Source: Penicillus capitatus
Lineage: Eukaryota; Plantae; Chlorophyta
DNA length: 64,000 nucleotides
Assembly (NCBI GenBank): GCA_965649825.1
Contig: OZ287705.1
Span: 700,990 to 764,989 of the forward strand
Direction of reading: 5' to 3'
Shown here in pieces: positions 24,846-37,986 of this stretch. The stretch's first letter is position 1. The number at the start of each line of letters is the position of its first letter. The notes under the pieces were generated by a model. The model ran no database searches. It worked only from the letters and a program-made list of their open reading frames with translations, and was not told the origin of the DNA. Both the position numbers and the translations under genes were made by a program.

Positions 24846-27800
24846 TTAAGCTTCGAGTTCTGAGGCGAGTTCGCCCAGCAGATGTCGAGGAGAGTTCAGC
24901 GATGTGTCCACCATCATCATCATTCCTCCGTTCGACATAAGATCGTACGATCGGTGAAATGTCACAGGCTCATCTGCATCGGATTCCACCAATCCCGGAA
25001 TCTCTTTCGGAAGCTTGTCGGCGATCTCTTCAGAATTGTTGTTCAAACACTGCATGGCGACCTGCAACGCAACGGGTTCCGTCGGAGAGTGCTCCACCAT
25101 GGAATACGGGGACGATCCGGCATGAACGGCACCGTAAGAAGGCGTCGAGCGAGCAGGACAGGAAGGCATGGCATAGGGCGGCAGCATATCATAGTGTGGC
25201 GCTCCGGGAACAGAGACAACGGGATAGGCGGGTGGCGGCGGCGGTGGCGGCGCTGCTGGAATCATCAGAGATCCGTAACTGCCTATTGGAGAGTAGGTAC
25301 CAGACATGAACATCATTTGCACAGCAGGACCACTGTCGTGCGCCGTATAACGTGCCGTCTCGCACGAAAGCGGCGAATACAGTCCGTTCTGACTCCCACC
25401 TGCGTTCTTCTCCGGAGATGGATCTGTCAGATCACTGGCGAATCCGACAACGGATCGATCCATCGCCGGCGTCGTATACATATCCGATGGGAGACAGGCG
25501 GATTGGACACTGGTCAGTGGCTCGGAATGTCTCCTTTCGGGTACGGCAGCCGAGAGCACCGGCGAAGCATTGGACCCAAACAGTTCATACTCTGGATACG
25601 ATTCGATCGAGTGCTCGACGGTATGCACCGTGCCAGACGACTCACTGGAGGAGCACTGCATGGCCTGGCTCACACTGTCGCTGTCTGTCTTTGGACACAT
25701 GGAGATGGAGGAATCTTCGGACAGCGACTGTTTGTCAGACTCCAATCTCCTCGAAGCAGCACGTCCAAGAAGGACAGGCGCAGCTGACATCGATGTGGAC
25801 GACTGCAGCGGAGGGAAATCTGGATCTGACAGGGACGGTGCGTGCACCGGAATCGGCAACGGTTTACCTGAGGAGATCTCCCAGGCCGTTTTGGACGTCT
25901 TGCCTTGGCCGGAATCCACGCTGGCGGCTCGCACGATCACAATATTGCCGTTCCGATGGACAACGTCCTTCTCCGCATCGATCCTGCTTTGAATCACGGC
26001 CTTTTCCGAAGGCTTCGGGATCGACGCCAGCACCACCTTCTGCGTTTCTTCCATCTGCTGTGGACTGCAGAAACTGGATACCGGCAGCCTGGACGACGTG
26101 ATGGATTTTGCACTGGACAGCGACAGAGAGCGGTGAGGCAGTGACTTCTGTTGATGTTTCTGTCCAACCTGCTGCCATCCAGCCGCCGTTCCACCATTCA
26201 TCGCATTCTTCTTCACTCCGTTCCCTTCATACAGCGTGCCGCTGTTTCGCATCGCTGGTGGTTTTCTCCGTCCAGCGCTCGCTGTGACCCAGCCTTCATC
26301 ATCTGCCTTTGTTTTGGGCGTGGATCCTGTGAGATGGTCTTTGGCATGTCCATCGCCATCTGCCGGTTTGGATGTCTCTTCTGGCAGGGATTCGATCAGA
26401 GACTGCAACTTTCGGCGAACTTTCCGTGCGTACTTCGCGCCCACGTTCTCCTGTTGTGCGTTCGCAATGGCCTGGTTGATTTTCTCGACGACATCCATCA
26501 TGGCATCGCGCCCAGCAACGCTCCCGATTTCCAGTACAAAGTTCGCACAGTTGACGGCCTCTTCCAGTGCTGCCTTGATGGCACACCTCGTGCTTTCTAA
26601 GGAATCGTCGGGATCGTTCTTTTGAGCATCCGAGAGCTTCTTGAGACTGGAACGACGTCCAGAGTTCTTTTCCGGACTGTCTGGGTCCGTCGATCGATCG
26701 CTCTGTTTCTTGTTCTTTCTTCTGGATGACGATCGTTTGCTTTCGGCCGCCGCCGCCGCTTCCGCCGCCTCCTCTTCTAGAAGCGCCGCCATGTTGGCGT
26801 CGGCGCGCTCCACGCGCTCCTCATAATCCGCTGCCTGTTCAGCAGCCTTGGCCCACGCATCATCGAAGCAGTCTTTCTCAGATTTCCGAGCCGCCTCTCC
26901 ACCCATGTACGCCCTCTTCAGTTTCGCCTCCAGAAGTTTCTGCTGTCGCGTTGTCTTTCCATGCTGCCCACACAGAACAAACGCCGGCGAAGCGCCATCA
27001 ATACCATCGGCCTTTGCCCTCCAATCACAGCCAAGCAAAGCAAGTGTATACATCATCTCCTTCTTATTCGCCATAGCTGCGTGATGCATGGCGGTGCCAC
27101 CAACGCTGTCTCGGCTGTTCACGTCTGCTCCCAAATCCACGAGCTTCAGCACCATGAGCTTGTCGCCGCAACCGGCAGCAAGATGCAGTGCCGTCCGTCC
27201 TTCGTTATCTCTGGCACCGATGTCGGCACCGAGCTCAACGAGCTTCTCGGCGACAGGCAGTAATCTGGATCGGTCCTGTTCCATCTGTGACATCTGCAAC
27301 GCCTCTGTCTTCTTGAGCAGCAACTCCAGTCCCTCTCTTTCCCGTTCAAAATCTCGACTCCACTTGTCCCACTCATCATCGTCATCATCCTTATGTCGGT
27401 GGAGATGATGATGCTCTTTGTCGACCGTCGTCGTCTCGCATCTATAGCTATCCAATGCGGCATCTGGATTCAAAAAGAGCGATCCTGGCCGTCTTCCACG
27501 TGTTGCTTTCCTGAGAAGACTCATGAGTTCCGCCCCCTTCCATGTACTGCATGATCGTGCGTTTGATGGTAAGTGTGCTCTATCCAAATCGTTCAAACAC
27601 ATACTACTCAGCGTCTCTGAGTTGCCTGTGCGAAAACGATGCGTTCGTCAAGAGAGTCCGGTCGTCAGGAAGACTGCCTACCCAGAGTGGCCCATGCAAA
27701 ACCCGTCCGGACAGGCACCATGCCTCCAAAACTGCTAGACTCCTCTCTGGAACCTTTCGACAGTACGGACGACGATACACCGGATCTCCTTAAGGACAGA

Positions 27801-29860
27801 CTGCCGAGTCCCTGAGCACAGACATCCCCATTATGGCAAGCAAGGAATGGAGAGGAGGTGCCGATCCTGCCTGCAAGTTTCCATTGGAGCCTGCCGTGAC
27901 GCCAGACGGTACGTGAGCCAACGCAGAGTACGTTCCGTGTGCTGTGTTCTGCAATGGAGTGCATTCTGACATATCGCGTGCATTTAGATCGGCACCCAAT
28001 TCGACCAGTTTTACAACGGCATCGAGAAATCCGCAGCCGGCTGCCAAATGAAGAGGCGTATTCTGAGCGTTGTCTCGACTGTGTACAGAACATCCAGCCT
28101 GCAGACAGGCCAAGATCAGAAGTGCCATGGACAGAGGCCTCTGCCATGCCTTGACAAGTGGATCAATGACATGCGCCTGACCAAAAGCAGCGGCATAGTG
28201 TAACGGCGTGCTGCCGTCCTTTGTTTGGGAAGAAACGGCAGCTCCATGTTTGATGAGCTTCAAAACAATGTCCTTTCTCCCGGCACGGGCGGCAATGTGC
28301 AGTGGTGTCTCCACATTGCGATCGTCGGTCGCTGGTTTCAACCTTGCCCCTAATTCTACCAGCAGTCCAATAACATCCACGTGTCCCGGACCCTGATCAC
28401 ACGCATTGCTCGCTAAGAGCAAGGTGGGAGAATGGTATGGACCTTCATCGTCGCCAGCTGCAGACATGTCCACCCCTTTGCCGTCTTGACCTCTGTATCT
28501 GCTCCAAGTTCGATCAACTTGGCAACAGCTTCGCACTGTCCGGCATCGGCTGCCAAGTGTAAGGGTGAGTATCCTGCTCTCGTGTCGCACTCTTTTAATG
28601 TGGCACCGAGTTCTAACAGTCGCTCGATGGCGGAAGCTCGGCCGTGCAAGGCTGCATAGTGCAGGGGTGTCCGTCCGTGGCAGTCTTTCACATCGACGGC
28701 GTGATTCAAGTCGACCAATACAGAGATGGCATTGACCCATCCCCAATTGGCCGCCGAATGCAGCGGTGTGAACTGATACGTGTCTCTGCTGTCCACTCGG
28801 CAGCCCAGTTCTGTCACAAGAATGCGTATTAAATCGACCCATCCTTGTTCGGCGGCGACGTGGACGGCAGTTCTGCCCTCTTCACTCTGTACCCATGACG
28901 GACAGCCCAACATATGCAGCTTCCTCACGACTTCGATCCGATTCCATGCAGATGCGCAGTACAACGGCGTGCATCCGTCTCTGTCCTTTGCAGCGGGATT
29001 ACCCCCCAACTGAATGAGCTTCAAGACAGCCGGCAGATGTCCTTCGCCGCACGCAACATGCAATGGCGTCGAACCCACAGAATCTCGAACGTCGACTTTG
29101 GCACCCAGCCGAACCAACGCTTCGATCGATCCCACCTGGACACAGAAAACAACACATCACGCTCTTACGGACGTCGCTTTCGTCGTTACCTGATTGTAGG
29201 CGGCCGCATAGTGTAGAGGTGTCCATGTGTTGGCGCTTTGGCAGTGTACGTCACAGTTAAATTTCTTGATCAGCTTTTCGATATTCGACACCTTGCCTTC
29301 CATCGCTGCAAGATGCAATGCAGACCATCCGAGGATCTGTTGGACAGCAGAGATGCCTGTCTTGCTGGCATCCTCTGTTAATTGAAGCACTTCCTGATTT
29401 CGCCCATCGCACGCAGCAATGTCCCAACCGAGATGGAGAAATCCTAAGAAATCTTGCATGCAGCCACGTCGAGCGACTTCATGCAACGGTGTACAGCCAG
29501 ACGTATCTTCCAGTAGAGCAGCTATCAGCATCGATATCAATTGTACCTTCCATCCCATTCATCTTCTCACTCTCCAATGAGATGATCGCGCACTTGATTT
29601 TGAACAGCTGCCAGATGGACAGGTGTGCAATTGAGTATGTCACGTGAGAGTAAGACAGCAGGTCCTCCGTGTTCCAGCAGTCCCTTGATGATTCCCAAGT
29701 GTCCTCGCATCACAGCCAAATGCAGAGGCGTCCTGCCTTCTGCATCTCTTGCCGTGACGTCCGCCCCCTGCCGAAGCAGTCGGAGTAACTCCTGCTCGTT
29801 TCCTTTGCGTGCAATCTTGTGCAGCAGTGTTGACCTTGGTCCAAGACTGGCAAAAGACAT
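24846..29860 (-). CDS. Large ankyrin-repeat protein, multi-exon, with low-complexity C-terminus
   Basis: Many G(R/S/C)TPLHxAA ankyrin repeats across ORFs 29567-29860, 29157-29558, 28413-29135, 27790-28400 and 24846-27602. Joining them into one gene is inferred. Confidence 0.78.
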
Positions 29861-30218
29861 CTAATGAAGCACACGATCACTCATTATTGCACTGAGAACA
29901 GTTCGGTGAGATTTGTGGGAGAGTGACGTGACGTGGTGACTCGGCCTTACTGCAGCGCGTACGTTGTCGTCTCGACCGAAACGGAAAAATTCGTCGCGGG
30001 CGGGGCGTGGCTTTGTTCAAAGAAATAGAAGTTGCAAGCAATGGTCTTCTCGAACAGTGGCGGCCCAAACGATGATTGTGTGAACTGAGCGACGGCGTTC
30101 CTTCGAAAATCAAAATGCAAAGCGCAAGCGGATCTCAGGATGTCGTAGGGAAGGTCTTCGACGCGACGTGTCGCATCAGAGGATAGACCGTCACATCGAT
30201 GTCCCAAACGCCGATCGA

Positions 30219-32040
30219 ATGAACACAGCCTCGACACCGCCTGTCGGCGAAAAGGAGCTGCAGGAATGCTTGGAGGAGTTGGAAGAGATGCTGAAGCAAC
30301 GCCGACGGAACTTTGGCGAACGGGTGCAGTTTCTGGACGCGCATGTGTTTCCATCGGTCGTCTGTGTGACTCGATGTGTGCGACAAGACTGCTGCTGTGT
30401 TTTAGCTCGATCCGGTAGAGCGTATGGACTTCCTGCTCAAATGCTTGCTGCATCTGATGGGACGTGAGCCCGACTGTGCCTCCCAGCTGCGTCATCTATT
30501 GCTGGAGATCATTCCCACCTCCATCGTCAGGCGCTCTGTTCAGATCTTGAGCTTCTCGGCTGAAAAGACGTGTCTTTTTCGAAGGAGGTGCCTGACGTGC
30601 TGTGGGCGTCGGTTGTGGATCTGTTTGAGGGGTACTGTCGATCGGGAGTGCCACGACTGGCCGTTAAGGTTGTCACATCAGGGTCGCATCTTGTCAATCG
30701 CTCCTTGACGTGACGTTCTTCAGGTTGCCAAGACGTTTCGTTTGACCTCGAGTCAGATCGTGAATGTGGATCTGGTCGCATACATTCGAAGCCTCTTCGA
30801 ATGCCACAGCACGCACACACCTGCACTCTCCCTCTTGATACACTTTGAAGATCTGAGCAGCCATTTTGACGTTATGGAGATCGCCAAGAAGCTCGTGAAG
30901 GGGAATTCCATGGATAAGTCCATGTCATGGATTCAGTCATTAGATGAACGATACCGTCACGAGATCATTCGCATGTGCCAGTCCGAAAACAAATGGAAAC
31001 TGGCCTGGACAGTGGCCAAGGCACTCAATCTCGACAAAGACTACAGTCATGTGCATCTGCAGCTTCGCAAGGAGAGCATTCAGAAACTGATCAAGAAGCA
31101 GAACTGGCAGATTGCTGTATCGCTGGCCGAGGACAGCGAGGAACTGCAGGTCAGCAGTCATCGTGTCTGTTTTATATGATGGATGGCTTGTGGACACCGT
31201 CTAGGCCTTTGTGGTTGACGCCATGATGCAATGCAATGAGGTCGATCTGGCTGCCGAGTACCAAAAGGCATTCGGTCTTCCAAGTGCATCTGTGTCGGTG
31301 GACGATGTGTCCCTTGCCGCGCGCCGTGAACAGTGGAGGCAGAATTACTATCAACTTCAGCTGCCAGATGAGAGCGTGATGCTGGTCACGACAGAGCAAC
31401 AACTAAGCGACGCCCAAGCTGTTCTTTGCTGTCAGTCAAGAATCGGTTTTGACATGGAATGGAAACCGGGCACTGGGTCGACTCACGCCAGCACCTTACA
31501 GGTCCAGAAAGACAAAGCCTGTTTGCACTGCCTATCATCTCCGTGTGTTTTCAGTTGGCTGGCGAGCATTTCTGCTACATTCTTGATCTGCTTGCCCTGC
31601 AAAAGAGCGAGGCGCTGCACAGAGTGGTACAAGCAGTGTTCTGCGATCGGGGCATTATGAAACTCGGTTTCAGTCCATCGCAGGATTTGAGAGGCATCGA
31701 AGTCATCTGCCGAGTACAGAAACCTGCCAACGTCTGCGATCTGCAACGAATGTGGAGCGTCTACCGTCAAAAGCCGCCGCCGCCGCCGCCCTCCAGTTCT
31801 GCCACTAGAGACAGGCATCGTGCTCCGCGGTCGAAGGCTGTCCAAATGGTGGGATTGAGTGAGGTCGTTCTCACTCTTCTGGGAAAGCCGTTGGACAAGT
31901 TCATGCAGATGTCTAACTGGAACAGGCGTCCTTTGACAGAGGGGCAAATCTGCTATGCTGCACAGGATGCTCATGTCTTGCTTGCGCTTTACGATCACAT
32001 GGCAGCGGGCGTCGACACGTCGCTGTCATCGTTGTGTTAA
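30219..32040 (+). CDS. DEDDy 3'-5' exonuclease, EXD3/Mut-7-like
   Basis: Exo motifs IGFDMEWKP, KLGFSPSQDL and GLSEVVLTLLGKPLDKFMQMSNWNRRPLTEGQICYAAQDAHVL. The start codon is approximate. Confidence 0.82.
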
Positions 32041-32052
32041 CATCTGGCGAAA

Positions 32053-33391
32053 ATGTCTGTTGAGGCATCGCTCGAAACACATTTGGCAGAAACCCGTGCG
32101 GCCCTCGAAGAGATAACGCGGTGTCTTCTGGAAAAGAACGACGACGAGGGCGAGTATGACGCGACGGAGAGTTCGGAGCTCATAAAGCTCAGAGACGAAC
32201 TCGAATGCTCTCTTCGCGAAACAGAGAAGGCTCTGCTGCAATTGAAGAAGGAACGTCTGCTTGAAGAAGTGCGAAAATAGCAAGTCTATTGGCGATCTTA
32301 TGACCTGGTTGTGGAGCGCAGTGCTCGGCGAATGGCGAAGAAGAAGAGCTGGATGAAGTCACCGGAGAAGTGGAGGATGTATTGTTGGATGACGAGAGGC
32401 ATCGATAACGAAACGCGATCTGCCGATCATGGTGTCTGTGTGTTAGAGTGAGAGAATTGGAAGCGGCTTTGGAGGAGATGCATGCAGCCATTGAAGATGC
32501 CACAAGGAAAGGGCAGCAGCAAGAGACAGCGCACTTTGCCGAATGGGAGATGTATGGACGGGGCGTAGCTTCGAAGCTGATGGCGCAGATGGGGTGGGCA
32601 CGAACACATGACTGAAGGCATCGAACAGACGCGTGGCTGTTTAGATATATCGACGGCAAAGGCCTTGGCCGAGAGAAACAGGGCGTGACGACGCATCTCA
32701 TCTCCAAAGGAATGCATTCGGTAAAGAGGGCAGGACTGGGGACATGTCAGGCGAACGGTATGTTCATTGCCCAGATGTTTGTGGAGTTTAGAAGAGATGT
32801 TTGACAGAGATCGAGGCGAAGAAGAAAACGAAGAGAGGTGGTCGAGCGAAGACGGCGAGGAAACGGATGCGACAGGAAAAGAAAGAAAGGGAGGGGCAAT
32901 TCGATGATGCGGAGGAGGAGGGTGTGTTCTCAATCGTCAATCGCGTCATCGGTCTGTGCGAACGCTCTTGATCTAAGAGATGCGATCTCAAAGTGCTCAG
33001 GCGATTCTTCCAGAAGCGATAGAGAAGCCAAAGAAGCAAGCAGCAGTTTGACTCGCGCGTCTGTAAAGAGGACGAAGAGCGATGCCAAGGGTGCACGAGA
33101 TGGAGTCCGTGCTCGAGAGATGCTGGCAGTGCAGGAAGGAAAAGTGGCGGCTGCTCGAAAACGCGTCCGACATCTGGAAGAAGCCATTCGACGCAATGCC
33201 AAGAACAAGGTCCAATCTGCACATAGCTGCATCGATCTATGCAACGTCGTTTTCTGTAGAGTCTGTTGAGGGCGATCGAGGAGAAACTGCGGCATGCGAA
33301 GGCAGATTTGGAGGACGCACAGCACAAACACTTACATATCGTAAAAGACCTTCAACGAAACGCCAGAAATCAGCAGTCAGAGAGGTTTTAA
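32053..33391 (+). CDS. G-patch domain coiled-coil protein (ZGPAT-like)
   Basis: N-terminal coiled coil, FAEWEMYGRGVASKLMAQMG..GKGLGREKQG (G-patch), and a C-terminal coiled coil ending QSERF*. Confidence 0.75.
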
Positions 33392-33502
33392 ACGTGATCT
33401 ATGTTGTACTGACTGGAAAACACCGACTCTTACTGCGACTTGTCTCGTCTCATATGTCTCCATCGGTCTTGCCTATCCCTCCCTTTATACGCTTGAATGG
33501 CC

Positions 33503-35133
33503 TCATGAGGGTATTTCGTAGTCGTCGACGATCGTCCGTTTGGACTCGGTAGGAGGGGCCAGTTTGAGTCCATAGTCCGGCAGTTGCTTGAAGAGTCGCA
33601 TGAGAACTTGAGGCGTGTGTTCTCGAATAAGCAATCCGTTGCGCATCATCTCGAAATTCGTCGTCTCGTTACTCCAGATCAGATGCTCGATGAAGAAATC
33701 GTGCAGTGATTTGTCGTCCAACAGAGAGCTCTTGATGAATGCCTAAAAGCGAAGGACTCAGCTAGAAGGCTGAGTGGCTATCGGCATTACTTCTCTGTCA
33801 AAGGGAAGCATAAAACACCTCCTGGTGTCTTCTTCCGTCGGCGCACAATCGCAACGATCTCGGCGTCCCTTGAGATCAGAGTACTTATTGTACACGTAAT
33901 GGAGAATGGCGGCGTGGTCCGATGTGATCTCTCTAGACAACAGCACCGTGTTGGCGACCGCAGACCAGGAGAAATGATCATCTGTGCGTACTCTGGCTTT
34001 TTCGTATAAAAATACCAACGGTGTGCTCCGTTCGGTCGAATGCCTTGTTCCAACCGCGCCGCCGATTTGCCATTTCCATAAGCAACGAAATAGTTTGGAT
34101 TTCCCTTGGAAATCGTTTCATAGTTCTTGAAGTAGAGATCGGATCGGACATGGGCAAAGTTCCGCTTGAAGAGGGACGCCTCCAAGAAGGGCTCCACAAC
34201 GTGATCGTGCTCCGGCAATGCCTCGTAGTTTGGAAACACGACAATATTGACCTATCCCACACAGTTCACACCCCACGCCCACACACATGGCAGGGGACGC
34301 ACAGATTTGTCCAGACTGTTCAGGTACTGCTGTATGTTGTAGTCTGGAGTGCTTCCTGGATAGAAGAGCTCATCTGTGTCCAGATGAATCATCCATTCGA
34401 TGCCGTCCTTGAATCCTTGCTTCAGGGCCACTTCCATGTTCAGCGTTTGCATGACGAACAGTTCATGGTTGCAGGGTTTGTTGAAGAATGCCCCGAGCCA
34501 GGATTCGTTCCAGGCACGGCTGTTTGCCTTCATGTGATCGAGCTTGTAGTTATTGCCAAAGACTTTCACACCAGCCCATTTTTCCAGTTCGTGCCGAGCC
34601 GCTTCGTGATCTGCCTGTCCATTGGTGAAGAGATAGAAATCCGAGACGCCGATGGCCGAATGGTATTTGATCCAGAGCTTCGTCGATTCCACATTTCCAG
34701 AGGTGGTCGTCACGATGGCCACCTAGATGCCCATCAGACCCTCCGTCGCGTCACAGCCAAGGCAGGAACGCACTCGTGGTTCGTTAAACTGCTCGACGAA
34801 TTCGGTATTCGATGGAATATGGACATCGACCAGTTGATGCTGATGGGACGTGTGTGTCTCCATTTTGTCAACGGGAGGACCCGTCCTGCATCGAAGGGAT
34901 GACGAGGTCACGCATCGCAGCTTCTCTGGGTGATATGCTTACCATGTCATATGGGATTCGACAACGATAAGTTCAGTTCGATTGAATGCCTGGGGACAGA
35001 GTCACAAGGGAGTGAGGGAAAGGGGAGGTGCCTCGAGGAAGAAAGCATAGATGCACAGAAGGACGGGCAGACCGACGAGGGTCTGCAATAGATAGCGCGG
35101 CTGCGGAGGAGCTTTGGACTGGATGGTCGACAT
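33503..35133 (-). CDS. KOB1: KOBITO1/ELD1-like glycosyltransferase-like type II membrane protein
   Basis: SRAWNESWLGAFFNKPCNHELFVMQTLNME, WMIHLDTDELFYP, MFPNYEALPE, SLFKRN, and YGNGKSAARL..RPNGAHRW, after an N-terminal transmembrane segment. Confidence 0.85.
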
Positions 35134-35342
35134 GGCAGAGTTGATGAAAAGAGGATGACGATTGACTCCGTTCGGCGTCAAACCGACGGTTAGCCGTTGT
35201 TCCTTGTCGTCGGACAGAGGCAACCAACCGTGCGTCTGTGTTTCTTAACCGTCTATTGCTTGAATCTTCATTCCTTTTGTCGTATTGCGTCCATTCCGAT
35301 ACGCTCGCCATCATCTCCACGTTGACACAGAAGGACAAGGCG

Positions 35343-37404
35343 ATGCGTATGGCCCTGGCAGATAAACAGCATCCAGCACCATGGCGCTCGACCAGCAGCA
35401 GGTCTCGAAAACCGAAAGCGCACTCGGTCTCGAAGTCATCGGAGAAAATGTGGATGGTATGACCCAACCACTGATTGCTTCAACAACGCAGCTCGCAGAA
35501 CGTGCGTGCGTGAGTACAGTGAATGGTTCAGATTGTTCGTAGAGGCCAGAGACGGATGCTGATGGACGTGGATCTGGATGCCACGACTGTCATGCCAGAT
35601 GAAAAGGCAGAATCCCGTATTCCTTGCTGTTCTGTCGATTCGCCACCACATCAGCAATATCATCCATACGAACGCCAGAAAGAGAATCTCTCAAGCTGCC
35701 GCCGCCGTCAAGAAGAGATCCGTCCAGACGATGCGCTCCGCAATAGACCCTCAAGAATCCCATGCAAACCGCAGGCTGCACAGCGCAATAGGGGAGACGG
35801 CAGCGTCGATTTCAAGGATGGCGAGAAAGATGATGATAATAACAGTGCCTGCGATGGGCATCAAGGGAATGACCAGTTTATGGAAATGGACAGAAAAATG
35901 CGTCGTTTGCGTGAAAGAATGGATCGATGGTCTTTCGACCTCAAACAATGGAGCCATCAGATGAATGGCCGACTCGAAGTGCACAGACATCGGTCGTATG
36001 TATGCTTGGATCCATCCTGTCGTGTGTTTGACAGGAGTTGCATCGACAGTTGGACAGGGCAACGACGGCACGTATCTTTAACGCGGTCGTTCGAACGGTA
36101 AGGGCTGCTGTGGATGTTGGATGCTGGGCTGAAGTGGCGGCGGGTGTTTGTGGCGATGTAGATCGTGTTGTCCACGGGTCGCCAACTTATCCTGCAAGCT
36201 GTTCTTGCATTCTTTGCTACAGAATTGCCGATGGCGTCGTCTGGAGATATATCCTCCACGCGTTGTCCAGAGAGGAACGCCCTGCGATACAGGCTGCGTT
36301 CTTTTCGTAGACTCCTCGGCGAGAGCAGGGAGAGCAATTCAGCACCGTTACTGTCCAGCATGCTCAAGGCTTTTACCCGCGGCATGTCGTGGGCCAGAAA
36401 TCATCGATTCTCAAAGAACGAGCAGCAGCAGCGTCCCGATGGAGACATCGAAGACGGTCAGCCACGTCAGAGGAATCGATATTCTCTTCGTCCTTTTGGT
36501 GTCAAGCCCCTCGGTATGCCGAACACGTGTGTCGCTGAGGGATGACGCTCGGGGTGGATGTCTTTTAGGGAGAGGTGCGAAGAAGACCCGCCGCCGGAAT
36601 GCGATTGGGCCGGCCGTCAATTCGGTCGAGACATCATCTGGAGGACAGCATAAAGAGATCTATCCACCTTTCTTCAACATATCATTCAAAGGCAGTCATA
36701 CATGTGCACTATCCGATAAGGTGCCTCAACCGGCATCAGGAAGCAACACCTCCCTGCGGAGTGGTGCAGCAATAAATCATCCATCGGCGAAAAGAGAACT
36801 CTCACTCCGACAGCGGAAACCGCGTTTCACGAGACGTCAGCCTCAGTTGCCTTCTCAGAAAATGCCGCGTGCAGCCACCAGGCGTGTTGGACGTAGCAGC
36901 AACTCGGAAGAGGGGGTGGTGGTCTCTGAGAGTCTATTAGAGGCAATAAAGCCAGACGCGTGGAATTCTCCTCCCTCACACCTCGAAGCAGAATCCGATA
37001 AGATGCTACTCCATCCAGAAATGCTCTGGAGCAGCAGCACCGAGAACAGTATCCATACCCTGTGGAACGAGAACAGGCGTTCGTTCTCGGAGAGGCGTAT
37101 CCAACAACCACTCTCTTCGTTCTTCACAACCAGTTCGGAGGGTAAAGAGAGTGAGGGGTCGGATATGAGCTTCTTTGTCGGCTCTGAGAGCTCCATTGAG
37201 AATCCATTCTACGATTCCCTCGATCTCCTGGACAGATGGGACGAAGAGTGTGTGTATCGAGAAGCCAAATGGCTTTACCTCAGTCCGAATCTTGTGTACG
37301 GCGTCGAAGATATCGAAGAGAGAGACGATGTGAGGCAGACAGCAGTTCGCGGAGATGTGGACGAAATAAAAACGAAGTGGATCTCAGTGAATGATTTTAT
37401 CTAA
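35343..37404 (+). CDS. Hypothetical Ser-rich, largely disordered protein
   Basis: Long open frames 35523-36101 and 36148-37404 with plausible GT-AG junctions. No domain recognised. Confidence 0.5.
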
Positions 37405-37986
37405 CAGGAGCAATCAATACCTTGACGACGACGACGGACATTCTCAACCCTGCAGTGATCCTCGCGATTCAACCATCCCTCGCTGTACCTATTGATCCAA
37501 CGCAGCCATGCCTTTTCATTGGCAGCGATGATAAGGACATTGTCTTTTCCTTTTTTCTGCATCGATCTGGAACACAATCGTCACAGCGTCGGACGTTCCA
37601 TCGTCATGCAGCTAGTTTTCATAATCTTTTTTGAACAGAACTTCTATTTTCATTCCTGTTTTCTGTACCCTGTTGCCTTTTGACTTACGACGACGGACAG
37701 TTCCTTATCAAAGAGATCCATCCATCCATCCATCCATCCATCGTTTCAATACCTGACTTGTATGCATCCTCTTTCTGAGGGTCCTTCTTATGTTCCATAC
37801 ATTCCAGGACGCACTCATGTTTCATGCTCGATATCGTATGCGTCTGTGAGAGACACAACTGTGGCACATCAACCATGCTGTCGCATGTTCATTATATGGC
37901 AGCGTTATCCGAAACACGGAGCCCATCCACATTGTGACCTGCTTGATCTTTTGTGCAAAATCTTGTTGTGATATGCATTCAAAGAA

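Noticed and set aside
3597-30716. GTGACGTG as a promoter element (3597, 9740, 9762, 29923)
   Set aside because: The same word occurs inside introns (for example 30706, 22310), where TGAC is branch-point-like. Enrichment cannot be shown without computation.
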